In this document: one piece after another, positions 42,983 through 55,146 of the stretch
How positions within the stretch are numbered: the first letter of the stretch is position 1
Layout: each line of letters opens with the position of its first letter
Source of the DNA: Camelus ferus
Lineage: Eukaryota
Direction: 5' to 3'
Assembly (NCBI RefSeq): GCF_009834535.1
Contig: NC_045696.1
Coordinates: forward strand, 86,120,001 to 86,184,000
DNA: 64,000 nucleotides
Position numbers and translations under genes: made by a program
Notes under the pieces: generated by a model
Told to the model about the DNA's origin: nothing
The model's input: the letters and a program-made list of their open reading frames with translations, nothing else
The model's database searches: none

Positions 42983-44064
42983 CTAAACAAAAAAACAAAA
43001 CAAAAACCTGCTGGATCAAAGAAGATTCTCTAACCATATGCGAGGTTAAATTCTAAAATGAATTCATATGTTTAATATTTTTCCATTTCACAAAACATTT
43101 AATAATAAACTTATGTTTCATAACTTTTCCATATTAAAATTTTAAGTGATGAAAATTATCTGAATCTTTGTAGTATTAAATATCTGAAGGCCTTCAGCTG
43201 GTTGAAATTTATCGAGATTTGTGTAACTTAAAAAAATTATAACATATTCAATATATTCATGGTAAATACTCAGTATTATATTGTCAATTAATGAATGAGA
43301 CTATTTAATATTTTGTTATCTTGAGGATACATATATATTTGAATATTGCACATAATTCATATTTTCATAAGGCAATGATACAGTATTTAAATCTGGAAAG
43401 ACCAAATTATAGAGACTCTCTAATTGTTTCCAGTGCCTAATTACAAGGTATTGTTAGATATGTGATATCTCAAAAAATGCCTATTAATTCCCCAAAAAGT
43501 AATATATTAAAACTTATCAATGACATGACAAAAATAGTCAATTTTGTATACATAATAACAGATTTGTTAAAAAACAAGTTAAACAGGTTTTGAAGATTTG
43601 ATACTTTTAGAACAGAATGCAAAGTTAAATACTTTATTTTTAAAATCCTAAGGACTAAAGTGCTCAAAGAAATGTATGTATTTTTTTAAAAGGCATCATC
43701 TTGGACAATATGCCTAAACCTGCCTATTTCTTAAAAGAGTGATTTAAAACTGAGAATAACTCTAAATATGGAACATTAACTAACACATTTAGAGGGGGAC
43801 TACTGATGAAAGGTGACATTTCTGTTTCGTGTTTCTTCCAGTGGGAACAATGGATTACTACGCTTCCTAACTAAGGTCATCATGACCATAAAATTGTTAT
43901 GCCACAGTTATTGAAAAATCAATACCTCATAGTAAATGTTCACTATAGTTGCAGTTGCATTCACTTAGCACTATTCTTCAAAGTACCTTTAGTTGTTTGT
44001 AGTTGTTGCTGTTTTGTTTTGGTTTTTTTTTTTTTGCTTGGCAAAGTTGTTTCATAGTTGCTAT

Positions 44065-44715
44065 TGTTGAAGAAACATAATCAAAAACAAAATCTCCTCC
44101 CAAAACAGGAAATCCTCTTCACAAATGTAGTAGAGAAAGAAAATAGTTTTATTATTGAATAAGCCCTAAGACAGAATGTGCTGTGCGTCACAGCAATCTC
44201 AAGAGATTTTGCAAGGATAAAAGAAATCTCACCCTTTAGAGTGCCAAGCAGAAACCGCCCATTTACATACATGTTCTTAAGATAAACAATAACGAGTCCT
44301 CAGGTAAGAGAACCTGACAGCACCATTGGTCACACATACTTCATCCTGATAACTAAATTGACCTTCTGTGTTAGCTAATTGGCTTTTTCCCTGAGGAAGA
44401 CAAAATTCTCATAAATTTATGAGGAGGTAGTTCTGCAACTTGAAACGAGGTGCCCACTCCCACCATCCCACAGAAACTAGGAGACGGGGTGCTATTTCCC
44501 TTGATGTTTTCAGATTTTTGAGAAAGGCATTCTTTGTTCATGAAGCTGACAAAAAGTCTAATTTTCAAAAGAGTTTACTTAATCAAAAAGAGGAGAAAAT
44601 ACTTATAATTTTAAGTTTTCTAAAGTAAATATTCTGATAAAAAGGAAGTGATCTCTTCCCTTACTTTCAAGAGAGAGAATTAGGCATCTTATTTTTAATT
44701 TTTATTTGACCTTCT
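44065..44715 (-). mobile_element. Solo LTR, ERV1 class (MER34/MER39-like)
   Basis: Begins TGTTGAAGAAA with ttttattattgaataagc (antisense poly(A) signal) and LTR-like body. Lies in the intron between exons H and I. Confidence 0.55.
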
Positions 44716-45045
44716 ACTATATAATGAAAATACTTTACAAATATTTTCTGCAGGCTTAAAATGTACACTTAAATAAAAATCATATATCCCATTATTACTG
44801 CACAATGAAATCATAAAAATAACAATGATAAATATTTTCAATACAAATATTTTTTTTTCTTTTCTCCAAGAACTGATCGACATCACTGATTTGCCAAAAT
44901 TCTTTAGTCTTTATGCAATGTGTGTTAATTTTAAAACTACGTTTTTATGAAATCACTAACAGTTCTGATAATTCTAAGAATAGTAAAGCCCTGGAGATGC
45001 AAAAGGCCATTTAAAAATTTGGCATTTATAAAACAAATTATTTAC

Positions 45046-45390
45046 CATTGACATTGAGATTAAAATATAGTTTTCTTTCTTTTAAAAAATCATACAGGCC
45101 CAATTAACAGTCAAAATGTAAGTATAGTTGAGCTGTATTATGTTTTGAATAGGTTTCCCCTTGAGAAAGTCATTGTAATACAGTTTCCAAGAAGAAGTGT
45201 GGTTTGGGGTACATGGCAGGAATGACACAAATGTGGAGACAGATTAGCATCTCATTTTTTTCAGATGCCAGCTCCTCTTCAGTAACTGACCTAGGAACAT
45301 GTGAGAAGGGAATAAGGGTATTAGCTTGAACAGTTCTTTTCCTTTTTTGCAACACTGTCTTGGCTCTGATGTCTGTAATTTTAGTACTTG
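45046..45390 (-). pseudogene. Exon H, 345 nt, phase 0>0; Cys-rich motif plus putative transmembrane segment
   Basis: ttgtgtgtttctag| ... CAATG|gtaaat. 115 codons with 2 stops: QVLKLQTSEPRQCCKKGKELF...MRC*SVSTFVSFLPCTPNHTS...IIQLNYTYILTVNWACMIF*KKENYILISMSM. Confidence 0.6.
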
Positions 45391-45498
45391 CTAGAAACAC
45401 ACAAGTTATGTTTGCTGTTATAAATTTTAACCTATATTTTCTTTTCCAGAGATATACATTACTAACAACAACAACAAAAAAAGTGTTTTAAGACTTAC

Positions 45499-45512
45499 TC
45501 TTCCATCATTCA
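45499..45512 (-). pseudogene. Micro-exon G, 14 nt, phase 1>0
   Basis: gtctgctttttttaaag|TGAATGATGGAAGA|gtaagt. Reads (M)NDGR. Confidence 0.5.
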
Positions 45513-45867
45513 CTTTAAAAAAAGCAGACAACAAAAACTGTATTATATTAGGGACCAATCTTTTTAGATTCTCTAGCATAGAGTCTGCATTCTGACATAT
45601 TTATTTGCTTGCTTAATTTATGCTGTTCTTGTTCCACAATGGTATCATTGTATAAAATACTAGATTTACTGTGTTCATGTGAACTTAACTAAATGTTCAG
45701 GGTTAACTCAAATATGCATTAATTTAATATGTCTTATGACTTAACAATTTTATTATGTGAAAATGAAATATTTGTCAATTTTAGAAAATATCTTTCACTG
45801 TTACAGTAGTTTAAATTTCTTGAGGCAGCTAAGTTGGTCCAATAAAACAAAAATTGACAAGTTTTAC

Positions 45868-46149
45868 TGATCTTCGAGCTTTATAGATTATTCAGGGAGA
45901 AACTGATCTTAATCAAGGACAATGGCCAATTAGTTGATATCTTGTTGGAACATTCCAACTGTAACAAATTAATTCATATATCCAAAGGCCAACAGTATTT
46001 TTTTTGTTTCATGCCATTTCTGGGTTCTACTCGAAGACAGAATATTTATCAACATAGAAAGACTCAGAGGCATATTCCATCGAACCTATTATTTTCTTGG
46101 CTCTATACTCTCACATTTGTGAAATGTATTTCAACAGTCACAATAGTTT
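45868..46149 (-). pseudogene. Exon F, 282 nt, phase 1>1
   Basis: tgttttcttttgtttag| ... GATCA|gtaaaa (weak donor). Reads ETIVTVEIHFTNVRV*SQENNRFDGICL*VFLC**IFCLRVEPRNGMKQKKYCWPLDI*INLLQLECSNKISTNWPLSLIKISFSLNNL*SSKI. Confidence 0.5.
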
Positions 46150-48587
46150 CTAAACAAAAGAAAACATAATGCCATGTTTGTCAATGGTAGATTAGCCATT
46201 TCACTCATATTCATTGCACTCAGTATATTACACTAGGGAAATAGTTTAAAAAGAGCAGAAACATAAGACTCAATTAAAAAATAAATATGTGTTAGATAAA
46301 TAGACAATACTTTAAAAAAATTATGTAAGCTATGTTTTCTTGATTATGGATTTTATTGTGATATTTAATATCCCATTCTATAAATTATACTTTTGATTCA
46401 GTAACAATCATAATTCCCATAAAGTATGTTTATCCAGGATTTACTACAAGTCATTATTGCCAGAATTCTCTGAAAGAATTCAAAATGTAGTGAATTAAGG
46501 TTAATTCCTTACTGAATAGGGTTTGAAGATTCTAATTAAAATTCAGGGAAAGCAGCCAACATTTTTGGCATACAATCCACAGAAATACATCCACATTATT
46601 GTTAAGTAAAGGGGTATTAATTTTTTGTATTATAATGAAGATGAGATTCAATTGAAAATAAAGCCAGTCATATAGAGAGGATAATCTTATCAAATATTTC
46701 TTTAACATTTCTATTTCATTAATGCTAGCATTTTCCTATTTCTTCTGTTCCAATAGAAAATTAAGTTCTTATTCATCTGTGTTAATTATAGCAACAGCTA
46801 AATTTGAGAACTAATGGCTAAGATGCTTAACCTTGAGCTTAATATGACAGACTTTCTGTTTAAGTCTATATGTGAGAACAGTATGGTTCTATGACTGTCA
46901 GGCTCATGAATTGGTAGAATCCAAGTATTATGCTAATTTGACATCCATATCTTATCCAAATATGTTTTATTCTCTTAGAATACTAAAACTGAAGGTAAAA
47001 ACCCATCATTTTAAGAAAAGCTAAAAACTTCAAACACAGGCCAACAATCCATTTTTACCTAAATTTTAAAATGTAAAAACATTTGTCAAAATAGGTTTGA
47101 ACACTTCTATTGTGCTTAATAGACAATTTGTTAATTCAGAAGCTTGCGTGCCCATGCAGTGTTAGTTCCAAACGTATAATGGTCTAGCTGTATTTATTTT
47201 TATGAAAGGTAGGCTGAGTTAACTGCAAAACATGCAAGCTAGACATTTCAGATTCTAGAAATAATAGCAAACAGAAACTAATCATACTATTTTAATAGTG
47301 ACAAGTAGAACTCCAAAGTAGTGATTCTGTACTTTCCCCCACAATATTTCTCTAGTGTATCCTTCTCCGGTTTCTATCATGGCTTCTCTTCACTTGGATT
47401 CCTAAGACCCTACTCTCCCATCTCCCTACACTTACTAGTCCTGAGGTCACACATTCGAAGTTTTAAAGATCACGGCCATTGTTAATGATTTCCAAGAAAT
47501 CCAACTGTTCTAAGTTCCTACTTGTCACATTTACAGGAATTTCTAGAAGACTGTAAAAAATCAATTATATTTCCTTCTGCTTCAAAGATAACACAAGCAA
47601 AACTTATGAATGCTTCTTAACATACTGCCTTCCACTCCACAGTTCTTATGGTTCTGTAAAGGGCTTCACCATTCTTTATGTTTGCCCTTCCTTTGACAAC
47701 CCTTACTTTTAGTATTTCATCATATCTCGCTTTTTCTTTCTAATAAATTCATCCTTCCATTTCTCTTTTTACTACTGCCACCGACTCTCTAGGTCCACTG
47801 CACCCTCGACTTTCAAAATTGCTTTGCAGAATATTACCTTTTTTTCTCTCTTAACTATCCAACATGCATTATTAAAAAAAAAAAGAAACTTTATAGAAGA
47901 CTATTTTCTTTCTTTGTTCTTCTGTTCAGAAAGTTAAAAATAATATTAATCATAGCAATAAAAATACCATTTACCAAATCATTATATTTCAGACACTGTG
48001 GTGGCTATTTAAAATACATTATCATATTTAGTCCAACCTTTTGAACTAAGTATCCTTATTGAAACTTACAGAGAAATTTTTAGCAGCTCAGAGAAGTTAA
48101 ACAACCTACAAAAGTCGAGTAGCATACATCAGGGCCCAGCTAGTAATGTAGGTCTTCTGTTAAACACTCTCCCATATTGTACACGATCAAAGGGCTTTTG
48201 ATTTCCAGCTCTAACAAATTCAGCTTCTGCTTATTAGTAAAGTGTGATTTTTTCAAGAAGAAACTTATGACTTTTAAGAAAATGTCAAAAATTTTGTTTA
48301 ACTCATTAACTAATGAAATCAGTAAGATGTCATGACTAGCTCAAGGAACATCTAAGAAGTTAGAGTACCAAGACAACTCAACAAAGAAAAGTTAGAACAT
48401 AATTTCTGAGTTAGATATGAAAAAATTCAATGTCCGCAAGGCCGTATCTCTTTAGGGTTACCTGTTCCACTGAACTGAAATTACTTGCATCTCTATTGAA
48501 CAAACATCTAGAAGTTAGCAAGTAACTTCAAAAAGCCTAGGACCTTTAATCAACAGTAATTGATGACATGAACTAAGGACATTCCCC

Positions 48588-48895
48588 TAGACCACCATAG
48601 TGCAGTAGAAATGCAATGTAAGCTATACACAGAATTTTTATTTTTAGTAGACTAAAAATTAAGAGATAAAATTAATTTTAGTAGTATATGTTATTTAACC
48701 TAATATATCCAAAATATTGTTACTTCCAACACTGAATCAATGTAAAAACTTAAGAAGGTATTTTGAATTTTTTTCACACTAAGTCTTAGGAACCTGGCTT
48801 ATATTTTCACTAACAGTATCCTTAATTCAGACAAGTCATAAGTTAAGTGCACAATAGTCACATGTGGCTGTGCTATCTTACTGGACAGTGTGGCC
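48588..48895. mobile_element. MER33/MER3-like hAT-Charlie MITE
   Basis: aagtgcacaatagtcacatgtggctg...tactggacagtg; ttatttaacctaatatatccaaaatatt. Confidence 0.75.
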
Positions 48896-49139
48896 TTGGA
48901 TAATCTTTGGGTGGCCTGTTTCCCTGTATGATATGTCACCCACATTTTATGGCCTTATTTACAAGTTTCAGACAGTTTTCTGACAAGGTAAACTTTAAAT
49001 ACCATCCATGAGGTAGAAAATCATCTCTCTCCAGGAATTACTTACCACCCTTAAAACTCAAGTCCACTAAACTGACTCATCGCACAAGGTTGGCCATTTC
49101 TTACCAAACTTTCATCACTTGCATGATTGTTTTGTTACA

Positions 49140-49350
49140 CAAGGTGCATTTTTGTTGTGTGCTAATTTCTCTATACACATCACTTCATTTAATCCTTAGA
49201 ATCATCCCAAGAACTAGGTACAATATTATTCCTATTTTATAGATGAAAAACCCAAAGGCATGGCTGGTTAAAAAACTTGGCCAAGGTCACAAAGGTAGTC
49301 CATGGCAGAGCTGGGATGTCAGCCCAGGCACTGTGTCTGCAAGGCTGTTC
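49140..49350 (-). mobile_element. MIR
   Basis: attattcctattttatagatgaaaaa...acttggccaaggtcaca...ggcagagctgggat...cccaggc. Confidence 0.8.
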
Positions 49351-49672
49351 TCTGAATGTTTTCTATCTTGCTGTAATATTTTAGTATACCAGTCCAGCCA
49401 ATATTAATAGGTAGTTTCCAGGGGCTCCATGTGTGTTTAAAATGAGTGCCACATAATTTAGCATTTATTTTTAGGTAATCATTATAGATAAACCATTTGT
49501 TTTCCATGGTTTATTATAAACTCTACAAGGACTAAGGTTATGATGTGTTTTCACCAACAGCATGCATTGCATAGTGAATCTGCTGAACAAGTAATTGATA
49601 CCCATTATGCTTACAGCCCCTTATTGTCTCCTTTATAACTGATGTTTATCTTGCCTACATAAAAAGCAAAAT

Positions 49673-49704
49673 GGCCTATAATGAAAAAGAATATGAAAAG
49701 GAAT

Positions 49705-49754
<50 letters not shown>

Positions 49755-49860
49755 GAATCACTGTGCTGTACATCAGAAATTAACACAACATTGTAAATCA
49801 ACTATACTTCAATAAAAAATGCACCCATTAAAAATAAAACAAAAACAAACAAACAAAAAA
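49673..49860 (+). mobile_element. Very short 5'-truncated L1 3' end containing a (GATA)~12 microsatellite, with TSD
   Basis: Matches the 3' end of the L1 at 10.8 kb. TSD aaaaagcaaaat (49661-49672) / aaaaagccaaat (49856-49867). Confidence 0.9.
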
Positions 49861-51799
49861 GCCAAATTATATAACTTCTCACTAGACTAAAAACTATGAT
49901 CAGGGAAAATACATCCTACAAGAAAAATAGGATGTAATAGGTAAATCAGTGGTCATGAAGTTGCTCCAAAAGGTTTTCAGGAAAAAGAAATCGAGTTTAT
50001 CGAGAACACCAGAACTTGGTGGAAACATTTTTCTCCTTGCTTTTGGACCTATCCTTGAATTCTGATTGGCTAGTGATGGAAAATGGTTGTCAAGTGTGGC
50101 TTACTAGACAAGGGTGGTAAAGAAAATCAATGACTATGTAAATAAAGTGATTAAACTGAAACACGATTTATCATTTAGCCATTAACTTTGAAAATCTGCA
50201 CTGCTTCCCTCAGGTTCCACAATTTACTTCCTGCCTAGAGAACACTGACTACATTTTATAGTACGAATGAGTTTGTCAAAACAGGCAACTCCTGGCTTTC
50301 CAATATCTTCTACTGACTTAAAGTAAATTAGTAGTAAAAGGAAAATTGTAATATAAAAATTTTGGCAAATATATTTTAGCCAGCTACTCTAGGTAAACAT
50401 AGATGATATGTTGTTTAGTAATACATCTAGAAAAAAGTGGGACAACGTGCTAAATGATTTATCCTTTGGTATTGCTAATATAGTTTAGGGGGCCCAATAC
50501 CCAAGGTCAGTGTTTCTAGAAGTCTTTATTCTTTTAGAAACTTGGTAAGTCAGTTCCCAGAAAATCTAAATTTAAATATTTTTGTTCAAAGGCTTACATA
50601 GGTGTCTTGCCCAGATTAGTCAACAATTTATTAGATAAGAATGTTTTAAAAATAAATTATTGAAGTAAACATTTTTGCTTGAATGTTTTTACTGAAAAAT
50701 GAATTTGTTAGGGTTCTAGAAAGTAACATCTTGTGAAAATTAGACTTTAAATTCTTTTTTAAAGAATCTTTCCAGTGACAATTAGACCCTTCAGACACAA
50801 GAGTAGTTTACTTTCAAACTACTACTTTTCTGAGTTTGTGCCTCTTTAGCTGGCTTCCAAGGCTAGTATATTAATTTTATATTTCTAAGTTTTTAATTTT
50901 TTCCACAGTGTGAGTTATATTAAATTAATGAAATACTAAAAAACTGAATATTCTTTGGCAGTGGTTTAAAAATGGTAGTTTTCATGCAGAACCATGCCCT
51001 TAGCCTAAAGTTTTCTTTATTTTCTCCAGCTAATGACTTTTGTTTTAGAGACTGTATCTGAGATGATGATGCGAACTGCTTAATAGTTGACCTTCCTATT
51101 ATCTTACAAATCTTGGATCACAAGTGTTCTTGTTTTTCCAATTCTGAATACTCAGTTTGTCATGGCTTAGACAGCATCATTTGAAATATTTAACACCTAG
51201 ATAAAGCAAAGGAATATAGGAGAACAAAATGAATTATACATAGAAACTTGCTTATTGACTTGAGATTTTTGTGAAGGTTTCCAATATGACCTTCTCTGTA
51301 AATGTAAAAAAGTAACTCTCACAAGTTTGAAATAGTTTTTATTTCAAGGGAGACCTGTTAAAGAACAGCATGTGCAACATTTAGCATGATTTTTGAAAAT
51401 CTTACAAAGTTTCAAAGTTACAGATTTCAAGGAATAATCTATTTTTGGTCTACTCTTCTTCAATCTGATGTATTCTGTTTTTCAGAGTTGTGCATATATG
51501 CTGCATATCAGATTTTAACTTTCAATTAAGAGGAAATGCTTGATCATTTTATTTTAATTGTGAAGAATAGTTTAGTTGTTAAAGTTTTTATTAAAATAGG
51601 TGGTCTTATTAAACTTGCTTCTTTTTTAAAGGAAAATAACTTTATTATTTATGATTTTTATATACACATTTCCTACTCCCTTAATTCCTTTTTCCAAAGT
51701 TGTGAATATAAGAAACTAAATGCCCAGAGAAACTAAATGTTGAACTATAATTCTACATTTTAAAACAACTTACCATAATTTAATTTGATTGCACCTTAC

Positions 51800-51812
51800 C
51801 ATGAAGTTTGAG
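51800..51812 (-). pseudogene. Micro-exon E, 13 nt, phase 0>1 (alternative donor would extend it to 51774, 39 nt)
   Basis: cattgttttcaaag|CTCAAACTTCATG|gtaagg; second donor ATG|gtaagt at 51774. Reads LKLH. Confidence 0.35.
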
Positions 51813-52005
51813 CTTTGAAAACAATGTTTTTAAAATTATAGAAATAGTCATAATTCCACGTGTTTTTTAAAGTGGAATTCTTTTGTCTAGCAATGGCTTA
51901 TGTTTTTAAATTCTTTGGTATCACAAACACATTCATAAGAGTTATGAATGTCAAAGTGAGGAATATTTTTAAGAGATGGTTAGTACAATCTTTATTTAGA
52001 GTAAC

Positions 52006-52216
52006 CTGTCTCACTATAATTTCACTCTGCATCTGTTGAGAATGTGATCATTCAAGTTGTTTTGTTTATAAGACAAAGTGTTGGGCATTGAAGTGAGATG
52101 CATTGAGATTTCAAAATTTAAAACCCTTTTAAATTAAACAAATAAAAGTATTTAGAGTGACTCATGCCTTTTCACAGACTGAGTTTATGTGTTAGAGAAA
52201 AATATGGGTAATATTC
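52006..52216 (-). pseudogene. Exon D, 211 nt, phase 2>0
   Basis: Strong acceptor ttttatgtctttggtctttcacag; weak donor CAG|gttact. Reads NITHIFL*HINSVCEKA*VTLNTFICLI*KGFKF*NLNASHFNAQHFVL*TKQLE*SHSQQMQSEIIVRQ; six stops, so the frame is uncertain. Confidence 0.45.
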
Positions 52217-52686
52217 CTGTGAAAGACCAAAGACATAAAATCAGAAAACAATGTGGGAAGTAACTTTATACTCACTTGGGTGTGATATATATGAGCTATA
52301 TTTATATGTATATATACATGTTGTACCTAGGAATTTTTATATGTATAGATATATAAATAGCCAGTTTCATTTACATCACTTAAAAGCAAAAAACAACAAA
52401 AAACCAAAACAGCTGAAAAGAATATTTTGCATTTATCTTAATGGTTAAAACCTAAAGAGTATAATTTAGTTCATGATCTAAGTTATAACATTGAAAATAT
52501 TTAGAGAAACAACATAAAATAAATTCTGATGAGAATAAAATTCTAATACCATCACTTTATACAGTGGGCTAATTATTATCTGAATAAGTTACGTTAGGCT
52601 ATTGTAAAATTTGTAACAGTTGAATAAACATTTTGTTTTGGATTAAAAAATACAAGCAGAAAAGTCAGTCTTGGCTCAAACATTTA

Positions 52687-52885
52687 CAGTTGAACCTTGA
52701 ACAACATGGGTTTGAACAGCACGGGTCCACTTACATGCAGATTTTTTCAATAAATACTACAGTAGTACTACATATCCATAGTTGGTTGAATGCACTTATA
52801 TAGGGGCTGACTATAAAGTTACAGGTGAATTTTCCACTATGAAGGCAGCAGCACCCCTAACCCTGGAGTTGGCAAGAGTCAACTG
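52687..52885 (-). mobile_element. MER8-like Tigger MITE
   Basis: TA|CAGTTGAACCTTGAA ... CAAGAGTCAACTG|TA. Confidence 0.85.
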
Positions 52886-53169
52886 TATTTGCAGTGTGAC
52901 GTGGTCAAGTCACAGAACATTTTCAGTCTCACTTTTATCACAAGAAAAATGACAATAATAGTTCCACTTACTTGTGATACATATCTATTAAGCCAGGACC
53001 TTGGCGTGGCAGGGTGGGGCATAAAAGCCCTGTAGGTGTCTTTTGCTTCCAATGATTGTAAGCACCATTACAGAATGCCTTTCTGTACACTATGTTTTGT
53101 ATATACACTAACTCTAATCTTATGATGTAAGTTTTATTAGTATCATTATAATATTATATTACGACTAAA

Positions 53170-53398
53170 TCAGGGTTTCTCAAGAGTGGCGTAATAGACA
53201 TTTTGGACAGAAGTCTTTTTGGTGCAGGGCCATTCTCTGCACCATAGAATGTTTAGTAGCATCTTTGGCCTCTGCCCACAAGATACCAATAGCACATATC
53301 CATTCGCCCCCCACTGCCCTAGTATGACAAACAAAACTGTCCCCAGATATTGCCAAACATCCCCTGGTAGGCAAAACTGACTGCAGCTGAGACCCATG
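53170..53398. mobile_element. MER20 (hAT-Charlie)
   Basis: cagggtttctcaa...tagaatgtttagtagcatctttggcctctgcccacaagatacca...cagatattgccaaacatcccctgg. Confidence 0.85.
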
Positions 53399-53413
53399 GA
53401 GTGTACTGGAATT

Positions 53414-54578
53414 CTAGGGGCCTGTCTAGTGATGACTGTGGGCTCTGTAGTCTTTCGGCAGCCTCTCTGCTGCTGATGGGTGGGGCTCTTTGCCCATACA
53501 GGTCGACCTCAGGTGTCCCAGCACAATCTCAGAAGGACTGCTCAAGTCAATGAGTTGCTTGCAGTTCCTCATCTGAAAACGATCCCAAATCTTAGAACAT
53601 TCACCACAAGTTTTCCTTGTAGTTATTCTCAGAGTCTTGGTAAGCATCCAAACTTGGTAGGCAAACCAAGATTCTTTTCCTTTGCGCTTCTGATAAAGTC
53701 AGCACATACCTTCTCCAAAGACTTCCAATTGAGGCTAATTAGGGTGATTCTAATCCGGTGAGTCGCCGCCTCTGGCTCCTTGGGAGTCTTTCCAGTATCT
53801 TTAAAAGCCATGCCTGCGGCGGGGCTTCCTGACCGACTTGCTCCTCAGCCAGAGCAAATAGAGGGAATCAGGAGCAGGAGTGGGCGGGACGAGGCTCTGC
53901 TGCAGCCACTACTGTCTCTTCCTCAAAGAGTTAATGGGTGGGGCCAGGTTTTAGCGCTAAAGAACCAAGATTTCAGCCGCCAGCCTCAGCAGTGCTACCA
54001 CAGCTGAATGTTCTCCAGTATGTCTGACACCAGGGTCTACGTCCCCAAGGTGAGCCGCAGCCAATCCCCCGCCTCCCAGGAGACTCTCTAAGACCAGCAG
54101 GTAGATCTGGCCCAGACTCCTATCAAATTACTGCTTTTACCCTGGGTCCTGGCACACTTGAGATTTTGTGTGGCTCTTTAAGAGTGAGGTCCCTATTTCC
54201 TCCAGTCCTGCGGGGCTCCTGCAACTAAGCCCCACTGGCCTTCAAAGCCAAGTGATGTGGCGGATCGCCAACCAAGGTTAGGAAACCTGATGTGAGACTC
54301 AGGACTCTCTCACTCCTGTGAGAGAACTTCTGCCATATAATTATTCTCCAGTTTGTGCGTCGCCAACCCCAAGGACGTTCAGATTTGATTATACTGCGAG
54401 TCCACCCCTCCTAGCGGTCTCCTTAAGGTTCCTTCTTTAGATCTAGTTGTGGAAGATCTTTTCTGGTAGATGCTAGTATTTTTCATCAGTGGAGGTTCTA
54501 CAGATGGATGTGATTTTGGTGTGCTGGTGAGAGGAGGGGAGCTGAGGGTCTTCTGCTCTGCGGTCTTGGCCACTCTCT
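53414..54578 (-). mobile_element. L1 5' UTR fragment (laurasiatherian type), interrupted by the RPS20 retrocopy
   Basis: Starts GGCCAAGACCGCAGAGCAGAAGACCCTCAGCTCCCCTCCTCTCACCAGCACACCAAAATCACA, typical of an L1 5' end with a decayed YY1 site. GC-rich. Resumes after RPS20 with GTGCTGGGACACC...CCCCACCCATCAGCAG. Confidence 0.75.
53522..53930 (-). pseudogene. RPS20: Processed pseudogene of 40S ribosomal protein S20; 5' UTR complete, frameshifted, 3'-truncated
   Basis: ORFs [48 protein letters not shown] and (M)[41 protein letters not shown] match RPS20 with no introns. The 5' UTR starts CTCTTTGAGGAAGA (TOP-like). ATG at 53811. Confidence 0.97.
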
Positions 54579-55024
54579 ATGTTGCAATGCTAAAGTGTTC
54601 CAGAGATCTGTTGGATTTTGATGGTGTAATATATTAAGATCCAAACATATATATATTTTTAAAAATTCAGTAGAACACAACAAGAACAAGCTTAATAATA
54701 CTTTTCTTTAAACCAGATCAAAATTAAATTGAATAATAATTACTTTTAAGGAAATAAAATTGAAACAAATTTTAAAAGAGGGAAAAGAGATACAGGATTT
54801 TTTAAAGTGAACCAGGCTACATCTACTTGTGTTCAAATGATTAGGCAAGTTGTCACCATCAACATTTACCTCAAAGATGCTAAACGTTCAACATTTGATG
54901 ACACAGACATGAAGCTCAGGGCAAAAACAAGTCACTTTAAAGGCCTGACCAATTTTCTAAGACTGAGGCCCCAAAACTTTCTTGGGCCTACAAATTGCCT
55001 ACAAACCATTTTATGTACATAAAC

Positions 55025-55146
55025 TCCCAGGTGTCAATGTCAGAGATTCAGACTCAGTAGGTCTAATCTAGGACTCAGAAATTTGCATTTTATTGGTACC
55101 CTAGAAAATCTTGATGCAGCGAATTTACCACACTTTGAGAAACTCT
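55025..55146. mobile_element. MER5A-like fragment
   Basis: cagagattcagactcagtaggtct...aatttgcatttt...accacactttgagaaac. Confidence 0.7.

Noticed and set aside
48461..48508. Minus-strand candidate exon (ctag|ATGTTTG...AACAG|gtaacc)
   Set aside because: Phase does not fit the neighbouring exons and the acceptor tract is weak.
53800..54450. GC/CpG-richer island suggesting a host promoter
   Set aside because: Explained by the RPS20 5' UTR and the L1 5' UTR.
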